Shown piece after piece: positions 1 through 9,987 of a DNA stretch of 64,000 bases; the stretch's first letter is position 1, and every line of letters starts with the position of its first letter. Position numbers and translations under genes: made by a program. The stretch comes from an uncultured Gammaproteobacteria bacterium (GTDB lineage: Bacteria; Pseudomonadota; Gammaproteobacteria; SZUA-229), in the NCBI GenBank assembly GCA_963807625.1, contig CAWECN010000012.1:259583-323582 (forward strand). The letters are read 5' to 3'. The notes under the pieces are model-generated. The model was not told the origin of the DNA. It saw nothing but the letters and a program-made list of their open reading frames with translations, and searched no databases.

Positions 1-1268
1 TCATCGGGTCCACTGATATCAGAATCATCCGCTATCAGCTTCGGATCATGCCATACCGGCTCATTGTCGGCCCGCCAGAAACAACCCAGCGCCCAGCGCG
101 GCAAGACTTCACCCGGATACCATTTACCCTGGCCAAAATGCAGCGCGGCCCCTGGTGCAAAACGCTGCTTCAGTCGTAACAGCAAGTCACCTGCAAGCTT
201 ACGTTTATGATCACCAAGCGCTCCGGTATTCCACTGGACACTCTCCATGTCATCGATGGAGACGAATGTTGGCTCACCGCCCATGGTCAGGCGCACATCA
301 TGTTCCACCAGTTCTTCATCAACCTTTTCACCGAGCGCGTTTATCTGATGCCATTGCTGCTCGGAATAAGGCAGGGTTACTCGTGGGTCTTCATGGATAC
401 GGCTGACTTCATTATGAAAATAAAATTCGACTTCTGCCTTATCACTGGCGCCGCTAATCGCTGCCGCAGTAATCGGGCTAGGTGTACATGCCAGCGGAAT
501 ATGGCCTTCACCGGCGAACAGTCCGGAGGTTGGATCGAGACCGACCCAGCCGGCGCCCGGCAGATAGACTTCCGTCCAGGCATGCAGATCAGTGAAATCT
601 TTTTCAGTGCCTGATGGCCCATCCAGCGATTTTTCGTCCGCCTTAAGCTGTATCAGGTAACCCGAAACAAAACGTGATGCGAGACCGAGATGGCGCAAGA
701 TCTGAACCAGCAGCCAGGCCGTGTCCCGGCAAGAACCGCGTTTTAATGTCAGTGTCTCATCGCATCTCTGCACACCCGGTTCCATCCGGATGTTATAATC
801 GATATCTTTTTGCAGTTTCTGATTTAGCTCAACGAGAAAATCATTAGTCATCCTCCTGCTGCGGTCGACGCCAGCGACCCATTTCTGCAGTAATGGCCCG
901 TTGGCATTGATCACTCTATACGGTGCCAGCTGAGCCATGAGCTGTTTATCGTAAACGAAGGGATAATGATCAGCGCTCTCATCGAGAAAGAAATCAAAAG
1001 GATTGATCACCACCATCTCGGCAACCAGATCGACTTCGACCGAAAGTTTCCTGGTCTTCTCCGGAAATGACAGGCGTGCTAAAAAGTTTCCATAGGGGTC
1101 CTGCTGCCAGTTAATGAAGTGCTGTTCCGGTGTCACTTTTAACGAGTAACTGTGGATGGGCGTACGGGTATGCACTGCCGGACGTAATCGAACAATGTGT
1201 GGCGACAGGTTAACCAACCGGTCATAGTGATATTCTGTTTTATGGTTTATTGCAACGCGAATAGCCAT
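1..1268 (-). CDS. Large transglutaminase-like protein (DUF2126 / bacterial transglutaminase-like N-terminal type); partial, the gene continues past the window start
   Basis: Reverse-strand translation from ATG at 1268 gives MAIRVAINHKTEYHYDRLVNLSPHIVRLRPAVHTRTPIHSYSLKV..., the canonical N-terminus of the ~1100-aa transglutaminase-like family. The frame stays open to position 1, with TGase-core-like GSCRD and GQGKWYPGE...RWALGCFWR motifs. It is absent from the ORF track because it is truncated by the window edge. Confidence 0.75.
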   Translation of the reverse strand, partial: MAIRVAINHKTEYHYDRLVNLSPHIVRLRPAVHTRTPIHSYSLKVTPEQHFINWQQDPYGNFLARLSFPEKTRKLSVEVDLVAEMVVINPFDFFLDESADHYPFVYDKQLMAQLAPYRVINANGPLLQKWVAGVDRSRRMTNDFLVELNQKLQKDIDYNIRMEPGVQRCDETLTLKRGSCRDTAWLLVQILRHLGLASRFVSGYLIQLKADEKSLDGPSGTEKDFTDLHAWTEVYLPGAGWVGLDPTSGLFAGEGHIPLACTPSPITAAAISGASDKAEVEFYFHNEVSRIHEDPRVTLPYSEQQWHQINALGEKVDEELVEHDVRLTMGGEPTFVSIDDMESVQWNTGALGDHKRKLAGDLLLRLKQRFAPGAALHFGQGKWYPGEVLPRWALGCFWRADNEPVWHDPKLIADDSDISGPD

Positions 1269-1542
1269 GGGGTGTCCTGGTAAATACGTTTTTATCTATT
1301 ACTAATACTTATTACCTACCTCATAGCAATAAACGTTCCAGTTCTATTCGAACGCTAAATTTTTATAAAAACCCTTATTTTTAATGCACTAACATAGAAC
1401 GAAGAAATAGAAAATCATATTTATGAGAATATTTACGCACCAAAATAATGCATCCATGTGATGTTGTGACCTAAAAAGAAACATGATCAGAATTATCTTA
1501 ATGCGAGTATTGCAACAGGTCTGCTACTAAGGATATGATTCT

Positions 1543-2349
1543 TTGCATATGTGGATAAAAGCGACCTGTAAGCTCGACTTTCAAATGCAGGCACTAACGC
1601 CACTGGTGTTGATGCTGAGGCCGCGCAGTGGTGCCCAGCAATGGGTGGCTAAAGAGTCTTACACTCTGACACCCTATGTCCCGGTAGTGGAATACACCGA
1701 TACCTATGGCAACCTCTGCCAGCGCCTGGTAGCTCCGGTCGGAGACTTTTCCATTGCGACATCAGCTGAAGTAATGACCTCGGAAGTGGTAGACGTAGAC
1801 CCGGGTGCTTACTTCGTCGAAGTTCAAAACCTTCCTGAATCTGTATTGGTCTATCTGCTACCGAGTCGATATTGCGAATCAGACAGACTGGGTTTTTTAG
1901 CAGGCGATATCGTATCTGATACCCTGCTCGGTTATGACCAGGTGGCATGCATCGATCGATGGGTAAACAAAACGATACGTTACACACCCGGATCGAGCAA
2001 CTACCCGATAACTGCCGAAGGTGTTTACGCTCGAGGCGAAGGTGTCTGCCGAGATCTGGCTCACCTGGGTATAGCACTATGCAGAAGCATCAGCATCCCG
2101 GCCAGGCTGGTCGTCGGTTATCTGTATGGCCTTAACCCGATGGACCTTCACGCATGGTTCGAAGCTTATGTCGGTGGTCGCTGGTACACTTTTGATCCCA
2201 CACAAGATGAAGTCCACGGCAGAAGAATCGCTATCGCCTATGGCCGAGACGCAGCAGATGTATCAATTTTTCACCAGTTCGGCGCGGGAGATATTTTGAC
2301 TAATATGGATGTTCGCGTCGAATTGACCGGTAATGATCCAATTGAGTGA
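1543..2349 (+). CDS. Transglutaminase-family protein (Cys-His-Asp core)
   Basis: The 268-aa ORF carries GEGVCRDLAHLG, the catalytic Cys motif, and DLHAWFEAYVGGRWYTFDPT, the His/Asp region. It is divergent from the large transglutaminase-like gene. The true start may be internal. Confidence 0.7.
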   Translation: MHMWIKATCKLDFQMQALTPLVLMLRPRSGAQQWVAKESYTLTPYVPVVEYTDTYGNLCQRLVAPVGDFSIATSAEVMTSEVVDVDPGAYFVEVQNLPESVLVYLLPSRYCESDRLGFLAGDIVSDTLLGYDQVACIDRWVNKTIRYTPGSSNYPITAEGVYARGEGVCRDLAHLGIALCRSISIPARLVVGYLYGLNPMDLHAWFEAYVGGRWYTFDPTQDEVHGRRIAIAYGRDAADVSIFHQFGAGDILTNMDVRVELTGNDPIE

Positions 2350-2853
2350 ATACTATCTAGAGTAAAGCATGTGATGTTGAACTGATAGCAGACATATTTG
2401 ATAATCATGCCAGCTCATCAAAGTACAAATATCACCAGTACGCAGACCTCTGATCGAAACACCTGAGTGAGAAAGACCGACCTGTTGCGATCATTCGATT
2501 TTCCTGAAAATGACAGACGATAGCCAGCGGGTTATATAATTCTGCAAGAACACCGCCAATCCACCGCTTACCTTTTCTGATATCGGTCGCTCACCTGGCC
2601 ATACATGATGCATTCATTCACGCACTATTAAACGGCAAAACCAGAGTCTTCTGTAACAAGCTGGTGCATAAAATACTTAAAAGCCAGGTTCGATCAAGGC
2701 CATTAAAAATGACTACACTTATTTATCAGTATGTTATGATATTCTAATAAACATGGCATGAATTATGCTGTGATTACAGCAGCTACACGTAAAACATTAG
2801 TGTATCTCTCAAATGATAAAAAAAATAATTAAACAATTAATAGAGGTAACGTC

Positions 2854-3378
2854 ATGTTCGTGCGCATACTATTTATAATCAGTGTCTTATTCATAACGCA
2901 ACAGTTCGCATACGCTGAACCGACCGTGGAACAGAAACGTAATGATCTGGATCACGCTATAATAAAGCTGGACAAGATTAATTTCCTGCCTAACCTGCTC
3001 CCGATAATAATCGATAACAAGGATTTCATCGGGCTCACACAGAAACAGGTCGATGACCTTGATCAGTGGCGAAAAACAAACAGGGCGCCGATGCTAAGCA
3101 CGATGCATAAGGTTGCTGATAAACGTATCGAGATGAAACAGGCCGCACTAACACCGACTGTTTCATCGTCTCGCCTGATACAGATGCAGAACGAGATATT
3201 CAGACTTCAACGCGAGGTCATCGAACACAAGCTATCCTGCCGTGAGCATATAATCCAAACCTTCAACGATGAAAACTGGATCAGTTTCTTTATGGTACTG
3301 GCCGATGAAGACGTTGGTATCACAGTACCGCTAAACTACGCAGATGCGCAGCGGCTACAAGATGAGAATGAGTTCTAA
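2854..3378 (+). CDS. Hypothetical secreted protein with an N-terminal signal peptide
   Basis: 174-aa ORF with a hydrophobic N-terminus (FIISVLFITQQFAYAEP). An AT-rich upstream region precedes it. No recognisable domain. Confidence 0.45.
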   Translation: MFVRILFIISVLFITQQFAYAEPTVEQKRNDLDHAIIKLDKINFLPNLLPIIIDNKDFIGLTQKQVDDLDQWRKTNRAPMLSTMHKVADKRIEMKQAALTPTVSSSRLIQMQNEIFRLQREVIEHKLSCREHIIQTFNDENWISFFMVLADEDVGITVPLNYADAQRLQDENEF

Positions 3379-3547
3379 ATGAGTTCCACGGCGCCATACT
3401 AATGCCGCCAGGACGAGACGATATAGCGCAATAACATAGAGCAATTAATGTACGCGGAAAAAGGCGACAGTCGCTTTTCTAATTCTCTTGACTGGGCATT
3501 ACTCGCCGAAGCGTCGCATTCTTTTCGATCAGCTCAAGGCCTGACAC

Positions 3548-4978
3548 TTAATCTGACAGACAGGCCGATTTTTGAAATAGCCCACGTTCGCTGATTATGC
3601 TTGCCACTTGCTCAGGAACCATGGCGGTCCAGGAAGAATCATTACAGCGGATCTTACTCATGACATCCTGTGGTTTTATCAACAGGTGATCATGATCGAT
3701 CGAATCCAGCGGCCGGATGTACTCATTCTCGATAAGATGGCGGTACAGGTGACGCAGATGATTTTCGATCTTCACATTTTCGACGGTAATAAGTTCGCCA
3801 GTAACAGGATCTATCTTCGGACACACGAACAGCCGCATATCATTTCTAAACAACCGGCCAAAGGCTTCGAGGATACCCCCATCGAGGTTCTCATAATATT
3901 TTTCAGTGAAAATATTAAGCAGGTTCGGTATACCCAGCGCGATCGCGATAGGTTTATTTGTCTGGCTGAAGAGGTACTGCGCCAGTTTGTAGAATTCCCC
4001 ATAGTTTGAGATCAAAACGTTCTTGCCTAGTGCGCTCAGTATCTCAGCACGTTGCAGGAAATCTTCGACATCGACATCTAAATCGAGGCAATCGCCATCG
4101 CGGTCACGCAGGTTATGCAGCGTCATCTCACTCAACACGACGACTGACTCGGGATCGACATCCGGCTCCTCGATAAAGGCCTCGTATGCACTATCAAGTA
4201 TATTCATGGTCAGTTTTGTCGGCGGGCGAAACAGGCTGCGTTCCACCAGTACCGATTTCTTGTATAAAGCATCAGAAGGCTGCACCAGTTTGCCACTGGC
4301 ATTAAACATCGCTGCATGCGTTAGTCCGTATTTGACGAGGTACAGGGCCATCAGGCGATTGTCGACAGATGAAAAGGCAGGACCTTCGAAGTCGATCATA
4401 TCGATCTCCAGCAACTCAGAACTGAGGTCATCCATCAGCGAGGTGAGCAGAGTGATCGGATCATCGTAAAAATAATGCGCGCCATAGATCAGGTTAACCC
4501 CGAGGATGCCGAGTACATCCTGATCCCGTGTGTTCGACTTACCTTTTAGCACGACGTGTAGATCGATCTGTGAAGCAGGTTCCTGTGAATGTGTCTGAAA
4601 GCGGATGCCTAACCAGCCATTACCGGCTCGTTTCTGCGTGTAGCTGTAGGTAGAGACTGTATTGGCGAATGCAAAGAAAGTACATTCTGAACCACGCAAA
4701 GAATCGAGTCGATCGATGACCAGTTTATATTCCTTATCCAGCATGGCCTGCAGGCGTTCACGACTGACATATCGCTGGCAGGGCCCATAGATAGAATCAC
4801 TGAATTTCATGTCGTAAGCCGACATGGTCTTGGCTATGGAGGCGGCCGCGCCACCAACTTTAAAGAACCATCGAGAGGTTTCCTGTCCGGCACCAATTTC
4901 AGCAATCGTGCCATACGGCGCCTTGTCCATGTTGAAGGCCAGCGCTTTTTGGTATGTATCCAGTGCGTTTTTTTCCAT
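3548..4978 (-). CDS. Conserved hypothetical cytoplasmic protein (476 aa)
   Basis: Long uninterrupted ORF with coding-like composition. No family motif is recognised. Its size and position near the transglutaminase pair would fit the circularly-permuted ATP-grasp partner of such clusters, but I have no motif-level support. Confidence 0.5.
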   Translation of the reverse strand: MEKNALDTYQKALAFNMDKAPYGTIAEIGAGQETSRWFFKVGGAAASIAKTMSAYDMKFSDSIYGPCQRYVSRERLQAMLDKEYKLVIDRLDSLRGSECTFFAFANTVSTYSYTQKRAGNGWLGIRFQTHSQEPASQIDLHVVLKGKSNTRDQDVLGILGVNLIYGAHYFYDDPITLLTSLMDDLSSELLEIDMIDFEGPAFSSVDNRLMALYLVKYGLTHAAMFNASGKLVQPSDALYKKSVLVERSLFRPPTKLTMNILDSAYEAFIEEPDVDPESVVVLSEMTLHNLRDRDGDCLDLDVDVEDFLQRAEILSALGKNVLISNYGEFYKLAQYLFSQTNKPIAIALGIPNLLNIFTEKYYENLDGGILEAFGRLFRNDMRLFVCPKIDPVTGELITVENVKIENHLRHLYRHLIENEYIRPLDSIDHDHLLIKPQDVMSKIRCNDSSWTAMVPEQVASIISERGLFQKSACLSD

Positions 4979-5407
4979 TGGTTGGTCTAGCCTGATCGAA
5001 GTATGAGCGTCTCGTGAAGTCAGTTACTTATAACAGAAAAAATTTGCCAGGGTAAAAATATTTCTCAATTATGTTGATTCAAATCAAAGCATATATTTCA
5101 TGCACCAGTAATGTGCAACGTGCACCAAAATAGTTCAGATATAACGTATTATTGCACCACAATTCGTCCAGTCAGATGAAACCATTATTGATTGAGCTCC
5201 ATACGATAGTGTTTTTGCAGTTATTGCATGCAATCACGGAGGATAGTATATGTTGGTATGGTTATTGCTTTATACAACTTCAATATGTCATCCAATTTAA
5301 AGACGATGCTATGTCAGTCAGGAAAGTGATCAAGAGATGTCACCTGTCGATAGAGATAACGACTTGATTTGAACGATTACATTTCCAGAAATTAATTTTA
5401 TAAACCT

Positions 5408-7597
5408 TTGTTGAGGAAGAAGAAAATGAGTAACAAATCTCGCTTACAAGCGATATCTCAAATAACAAACCGTGAGCCAATGAAACTGAAAATGACCGAC
5501 AGGTTAGGAAAGATCTGGGCCGACGACGTTTTCAACCTATCCCGGATGGAATGGGCGCTGTCTAAAAATGCATTCAAAGCAGTCAAGAAAACGGTACAGA
5601 CCGGTGCCCCACTGGACCCTGCGACAGCTGACGTGGTTGCTGCGGCGATGAAAGAATGGGCGGTTTCCAAAGGCTGTAAATTCTTCTCTCATATCTTCTA
5701 CCCGATGACCAATATCACCGCTGAGAAACATGATGGTTTTATTATCACCACCTCTGATGGAAATGCGATTACCGAATTTACCGGCAGCCTGTTGATCAAG
5801 GGCGAGCCAGATGGTTCCTCTTTCCCTAACGGCAGTATCCGTATGACTAACGCAGCACGCGGTTACACCGCGTGGGATCCAACCAGCCCTGCTTATGTCA
5901 TGCATACAGATAATGGCGCTACCCTGATGATCCCATGTGTCTTCATGTCATGGACCGGTGAAGCGCTGGATAAGAAGATCCCGCTGTTACGCTCTAACGA
6001 TGCCATGAACAAGGCAGGACAAAAAGTACTTTCTCTGATGGGTGAAACCGAGATCGCACCGCTGAACTCAAGCTGTGGTGCTGAGCAGGAATACTTCCTG
6101 GTCGATGCTGCCTTCGCTAATGCTCGCCCTGACCTGCTGTTAGCCGGCCGCACCCTGTTCGGTGCACCATCAGCAAAAGGACAGGAGTTTGATGACCACT
6201 ATTTCGGTGCTATTCCTGCTCGTGTCCAGGTTTTCATGCAGGACTTTGAGGACAAATTATACAGGTTAGGCATCCCTGCCAAGACACATCACAATGAAGT
6301 TGCTCCTGGCCAGTTCGAGATCGCACCTTATTTCGAAGCGGCCAACGTTGCTGCCGATCATCAGCAGCTGATGATGACATTATTGAAGAGCACAGCGAAA
6401 AGCCACGGCTTTGTCTGCCTGCTCCACGAAAAACCATTTGCCGGCATTAACGGCTCTGGTAAACACGTTAACTGGTCAGTCGGTAATGCCACGCAGGGCA
6501 ACCTGCTGGATCCAGGCAGCACACCTCATGATAACCTGAACTTCCTGTTGTTCTGTGGTGCAGTAATCCGTGGTGTACATAAATTTGGTCCTCTGCTGCG
6601 TGCGGTTATCGCCTCTGCTGGCAATGACCACCGCCTCGGTGCAAACGAAGCACCACCGGCCATCCTGTCAGTTTACCTTGGCGACCAGCTGGAAAAAGTT
6701 TTCCAGGACATCAAAGATGGCAAAGTCGCTGCAAGTGAACACGGCGGCGAGATGGATCTTGGCCTTGACCAGATTCTTAACTTTGATCGTGACCCGGGGG
6801 ATCGTAACAGGACTTCACCGTTCGCCTTTACCGGCAACCGCTTCGAATTCCGTGCGGTAGGTTCGGCGCAGTCTGTCTCAGGCCCATTGGTAGCGATGAA
6901 TACCATGCTGGCTGATTCACTAAACTGGATCGCAGAGAAACTGGAAGCTGAAATCAAAGGTGGTACTGATAAGGCAGACGCAGTTGTTAATGTACTTAAA
7001 GAATTAATGACTGAACATGGCAATGCAGTCTTCGGTGGTGATGGATATTCTACAGATTGGCACGAGATGGCTGTTAAAGAGCGCGGCCTGAAAAACATCC
7101 CAACCACAGCTGACGCCCTGCCTGCTCTTCGCGAAGAGTCGGTTCAGAAACTGTTTGCTGAGACCGGTGTACTATCTCCTTTAGAACTGGAAAGCCGTTT
7201 CGAAGTTTATGCAGAGCAATATGTTCTGTCTATCGAAGTCGAAGCCAAACTCGTTATCGACATGGCGAAAACATCGATCTACCCGGCTGCTATGAGCTAC
7301 CTGTCTGGTCTGGCCAAAACAGGCAAACGCATGGCCAAGCTGAAGATCGACCTGGATAACTCAACTGCTGAAACGGTTGCTGCTGAGGTTAATGCAATGA
7401 TGTCTGCCGTTGGCAAACTGAGCGAAGCAATGGAGAAAGAAGACTTTGCTAATACTGAAGAACACATGCAGTTCTGCGCCAACGACATCCGCGGTCTGAT
7501 GGATGAAGTACGTGCACATGCTGACACACTGGAAACAGAAGTATCAGATGAGCTATGGCCTCTTCCCAAGTACCAGGAAATGCTGTTTATGAAATAA
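5408..7597 (+). CDS. glnN: Glutamine synthetase type III (GSIII)
   Basis: The ORF is 729 aa, typical GSIII length. It carries the glutamine-synthetase signature KPFAGINGSGKHVNWS and FEIAPYFE. A GAGGAAG RBS precedes the alternative start at 5426. A strong terminator follows. Confidence 0.8.
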   Translation: MLRKKKMSNKSRLQAISQITNREPMKLKMTDRLGKIWADDVFNLSRMEWALSKNAFKAVKKTVQTGAPLDPATADVVAAAMKEWAVSKGCKFFSHIFYPMTNITAEKHDGFIITTSDGNAITEFTGSLLIKGEPDGSSFPNGSIRMTNAARGYTAWDPTSPAYVMHTDNGATLMIPCVFMSWTGEALDKKIPLLRSNDAMNKAGQKVLSLMGETEIAPLNSSCGAEQEYFLVDAAFANARPDLLLAGRTLFGAPSAKGQEFDDHYFGAIPARVQVFMQDFEDKLYRLGIPAKTHHNEVAPGQFEIAPYFEAANVAADHQQLMMTLLKSTAKSHGFVCLLHEKPFAGINGSGKHVNWSVGNATQGNLLDPGSTPHDNLNFLLFCGAVIRGVHKFGPLLRAVIASAGNDHRLGANEAPPAILSVYLGDQLEKVFQDIKDGKVAASEHGGEMDLGLDQILNFDRDPGDRNRTSPFAFTGNRFEFRAVGSAQSVSGPLVAMNTMLADSLNWIAEKLEAEIKGGTDKADAVVNVLKELMTEHGNAVFGGDGYSTDWHEMAVKERGLKNIPTTADALPALREESVQKLFAETGVLSPLELESRFEVYAEQYVLSIEVEAKLVIDMAKTSIYPAAMSYLSGLAKTGKRMAKLKIDLDNSTAETVAAEVNAMMSAVGKLSEAMEKEDFANTEEHMQFCANDIRGLMDEVRAHADTLETEVSDELWPLPKYQEMLFMK

Positions 7598-7625
7598 TCT
7601 TCTTATTTAATAAACTACTATAAAG

Positions 7626-7655
7626 AGGCCGCTAATTTAGCGGCCTTTTTTTTTC
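7626..7655 (+). terminator. Rho-independent terminator after the GSIII gene
   Basis: AGGCCGCTA-ATT-TAGCGGCCT hairpin followed by a T9 run. Confidence 0.8.
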
Positions 7656-7705
7656 GAATTTAAAACGCCCTGTTTAAATATGTAAGTCTGCTAACGACTG
7701 CGGTT

Positions 7706-7966
7706 TCAACCGGTCGATGCAACACACTGATTAAATCGTTCTGCTGGTGTTTCATAGTTTAGCGTCTTTCTAGGTCGCTCGTTTAGTCTCCTCGCTACAG
7801 CATTCAACTTTGCTTGTGAATGAACGGACAAGCCTGTTCCTTTAGGTAAGTATTGCCTCAATAGTCCATTGGTATTTTCATTGGAGCCACGTTGCCAGGG
7901 ATTCTGTGGATCACAAAAAAAGACTTTGATATCTGTCGCTAAGGTGAATCGTTTGTGTTCTGCCAA
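7706..7966 (-). pseudogene. IS30-family transposase, C-terminal fragment only
   Basis: The 86-aa [32 protein letters not shown]...[15 protein letters not shown] matches the conserved C-terminus of IS30 DDE transposases. No N-terminal two-thirds is present upstream. Confidence 0.7.
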
Positions 7967-8189
7967 CTCTGAACCACGATCCCATGTCAGTGATTTATAT
8001 AATTGGAATTAAAGGGGTCGGAAGGCGTGAAGTTGCAAGCGGTAGTAAGGCTTTTACCACCTCTTTATTTTTGGCCAGTCCGGCTAATTTCAAGCATTAA
8101 ATCCAATAGTGCGTTGCAAGCAGAAAAACATGATGAAAAAAAAGCAGGCCACGAAGGGCCTGCTTTGGGTTGAGCTATGTAATTAAAGT

Positions 8190-9569
8190 CTATGGGTCGA
8201 GTGCAATGACCGCATCGATTACATGAATGACACCGTTGGTTGTGACTATGTCGAAGGTCGTAACCTGCGCATCATCAACTTTAAATACACCTGAGTCGAT
8301 GGCGATTGCAACAGTTTCACCATTGACAGTTTCAACTTCCATGCCGTTAAGAGTAAATGCAGTTACCGAGTCAACTGACCCTGCAACAACGTGCTTCAAC
8401 AGTATGTCCCTCAGAGTGCCATCAGGGGTTGCCAACAGAGTGGTGAGTAATCCAGCAGGCAGGGCGGCAAATGCAGCGTCGGTCGGTGCAAATACTGTAA
8501 AATCTCCATTCGGATTAGAGAGGATAGACACCAGGTCTGATGTCGCTGAGAGTGCTGTAACCAGAGTTGAAAAATCTGGATTTCCCTGGGCGGTTTCTAC
8601 GATGTTCAAGGTTGGTGCAGCGGCGTCAGCTGGTGGTAGCAACACAGTGTCAATCACATGAATAATACCGTTGCTGGCATCCACATTCGGCATGCTGATA
8701 CCCGACAGGTTGGCAAACAGATCTGTATTGCTCAACGACAGTGCTATGTTATCACCGTTACCCATCGCGACGGTGTTGCCGGCAATCGCAGTTGCCGCGG
8801 CGGCATTTACTTCTCTACCCGAAATCACATGGTATAACAGGATATCTTCCAGATCCGGCGATGCCAGCAATTCTCCAGCACTTATTCCCAAATCAGCCAG
8901 CAAAGCTGTAAATGCCGCATCTGTTGGAGCAAACACGGTAAATTTACCTGACGCGTCAGACAGCGTTGCATCCAGCCCGGTCATAGCCAAAGCACTAAGA
9001 AGTGTGGTGAAGCTGCCATTCGCCGTGGCCACGGCCGCTATCGTGCCAGATGATGGATCGTCTTCAGTCGGTACCAGTACCGCGTCGATGACATGGATTA
9101 CGCCGTTGCTCGCGTCAACGTCAGGGGTCTCGACTCGTGATGCATTGATAAACAGATCTATGCCTTGCAGTTTGACGCCAATATCATCACCGTTAGCTGT
9201 GGTTACAGTGGTCCCGGCAGCGGCGATTGCTGCAGTAGAGTTGATCTCTGCTCCAGACACAACATGGTAGAGCAGGATGTCTGACAGGTTCGGCGAAGCC
9301 AGCAGCTCTGCCGCGCTGATTCCCAAATCTGACAGCAAAGCTGCAAACGCTGTATCGGTTGGAGCAAAAACGGTGAAGTCTTGCGTCTCGTCAGCGAGTA
9401 CAGCGTCTAGACCAGAAGCTTGTAGCGCAGCGACCAGTGTTGTAAATGAACCGTTAGCTTCAGCAACCTCGACGATATTGCCGGCCGCTTTATTGTCGTC
9501 ATCATTACTACAGGCGATTAGGGTGGTCGCAAATAACGCGACCGAAAATGTTTTAAATAAAGTTCTCAT
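8190..9569 (-). CDS. Lipoprotein with three fasciclin (FAS1) domains
   Basis: Signal peptide with a lipobox (LIAC). The unit GSFTTL..AL...GL...L......TVFAPTD.AF..L....................LLYHV....NGVIHVIDAVL is repeated three times and is diagnostic of FAS1. Confidence 0.85.
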   Translation of the reverse strand: MRTLFKTFSVALFATTLIACSNDDDNKAAGNIVEVAEANGSFTTLVAALQASGLDAVLADETQDFTVFAPTDTAFAALLSDLGISAAELLASPNLSDILLYHVVSGAEINSTAAIAAAGTTVTTANGDDIGVKLQGIDLFINASRVETPDVDASNGVIHVIDAVLVPTEDDPSSGTIAAVATANGSFTTLLSALAMTGLDATLSDASGKFTVFAPTDAAFTALLADLGISAGELLASPDLEDILLYHVISGREVNAAAATAIAGNTVAMGNGDNIALSLSNTDLFANLSGISMPNVDASNGIIHVIDTVLLPPADAAAPTLNIVETAQGNPDFSTLVTALSATSDLVSILSNPNGDFTVFAPTDAAFAALPAGLLTTLLATPDGTLRDILLKHVVAGSVDSVTAFTLNGMEVETVNGETVAIAIDSGVFKVDDAQVTTFDIVTTNGVIHVIDAVIALDP

Positions 9570-9987
9570 GTTTGTCTCCAGTATTATTAAAAAAAATTAA
9601 GCTACATCAAGCCGATACGCTGAGCTTGGATAAATAGTAAATCTGGAGATGTGAAGAAATCGTAAAGTTAACGTGAAAAAAATGTGAAAATCAGCCGGGT
9701 TTTGAAGTTTGAGTCGTTAAATACCGATAACTTTGCAGATATCAATCAAATTAGCTGATGGCAAATACCAGGGCAGCTATGCCCGTAAACTACTATAAGG
9801 CTGTGTAAGATATTGAAATAATAATATTTATAACTTGAGTATTGATGGCCGGTCCTGGAAATTTGGTTCAACCAAGCCGTTCTTATGCATGGCTACTCTG
9901 GCCATAATTTCTTTCTTGGCTAAGCGAATTAAAGGGGGCGATGACAAATAGAGCTATTAACATTTTTTACATTTCGAACGTCCGTAT

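Noticed and set aside
155-622. Plus- and minus-strand ORFs (155..406, 207..614, 377..622) inside the region of the large transglutaminase-like gene
   Set aside because: They overlap a strongly supported minus-strand gene whose translation matches a conserved family along its whole length. They have no RBS and a composition typical of off-frame translation.
5152-5367. 71-aa ORF in the GSIII upstream leader
   Set aside because: No RBS and an AT-rich promoter-like composition. It is more likely non-coding leader or regulatory DNA.
8190-9569. Internal roughly 430-bp periodic DNA repeats as a possible CRISPR or tandem-repeat array
   Set aside because: The periodicity corresponds exactly to three protein-coding FAS1 domains in one continuous ORF. 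There are no short direct repeats with unique spacers. No CRISPR array exists anywhere in the window.
8227-9600. Three plus-strand ORFs (8227..8661, 8671..9270, 9277..9600) antisense to the fasciclin gene
   Set aside because: They are Ala/Ser/Thr-rich mirror translations of the FAS1 repeats on the opposite strand. The minus-strand product has a signal peptide, a lipobox and three canonical FAS1 domains.
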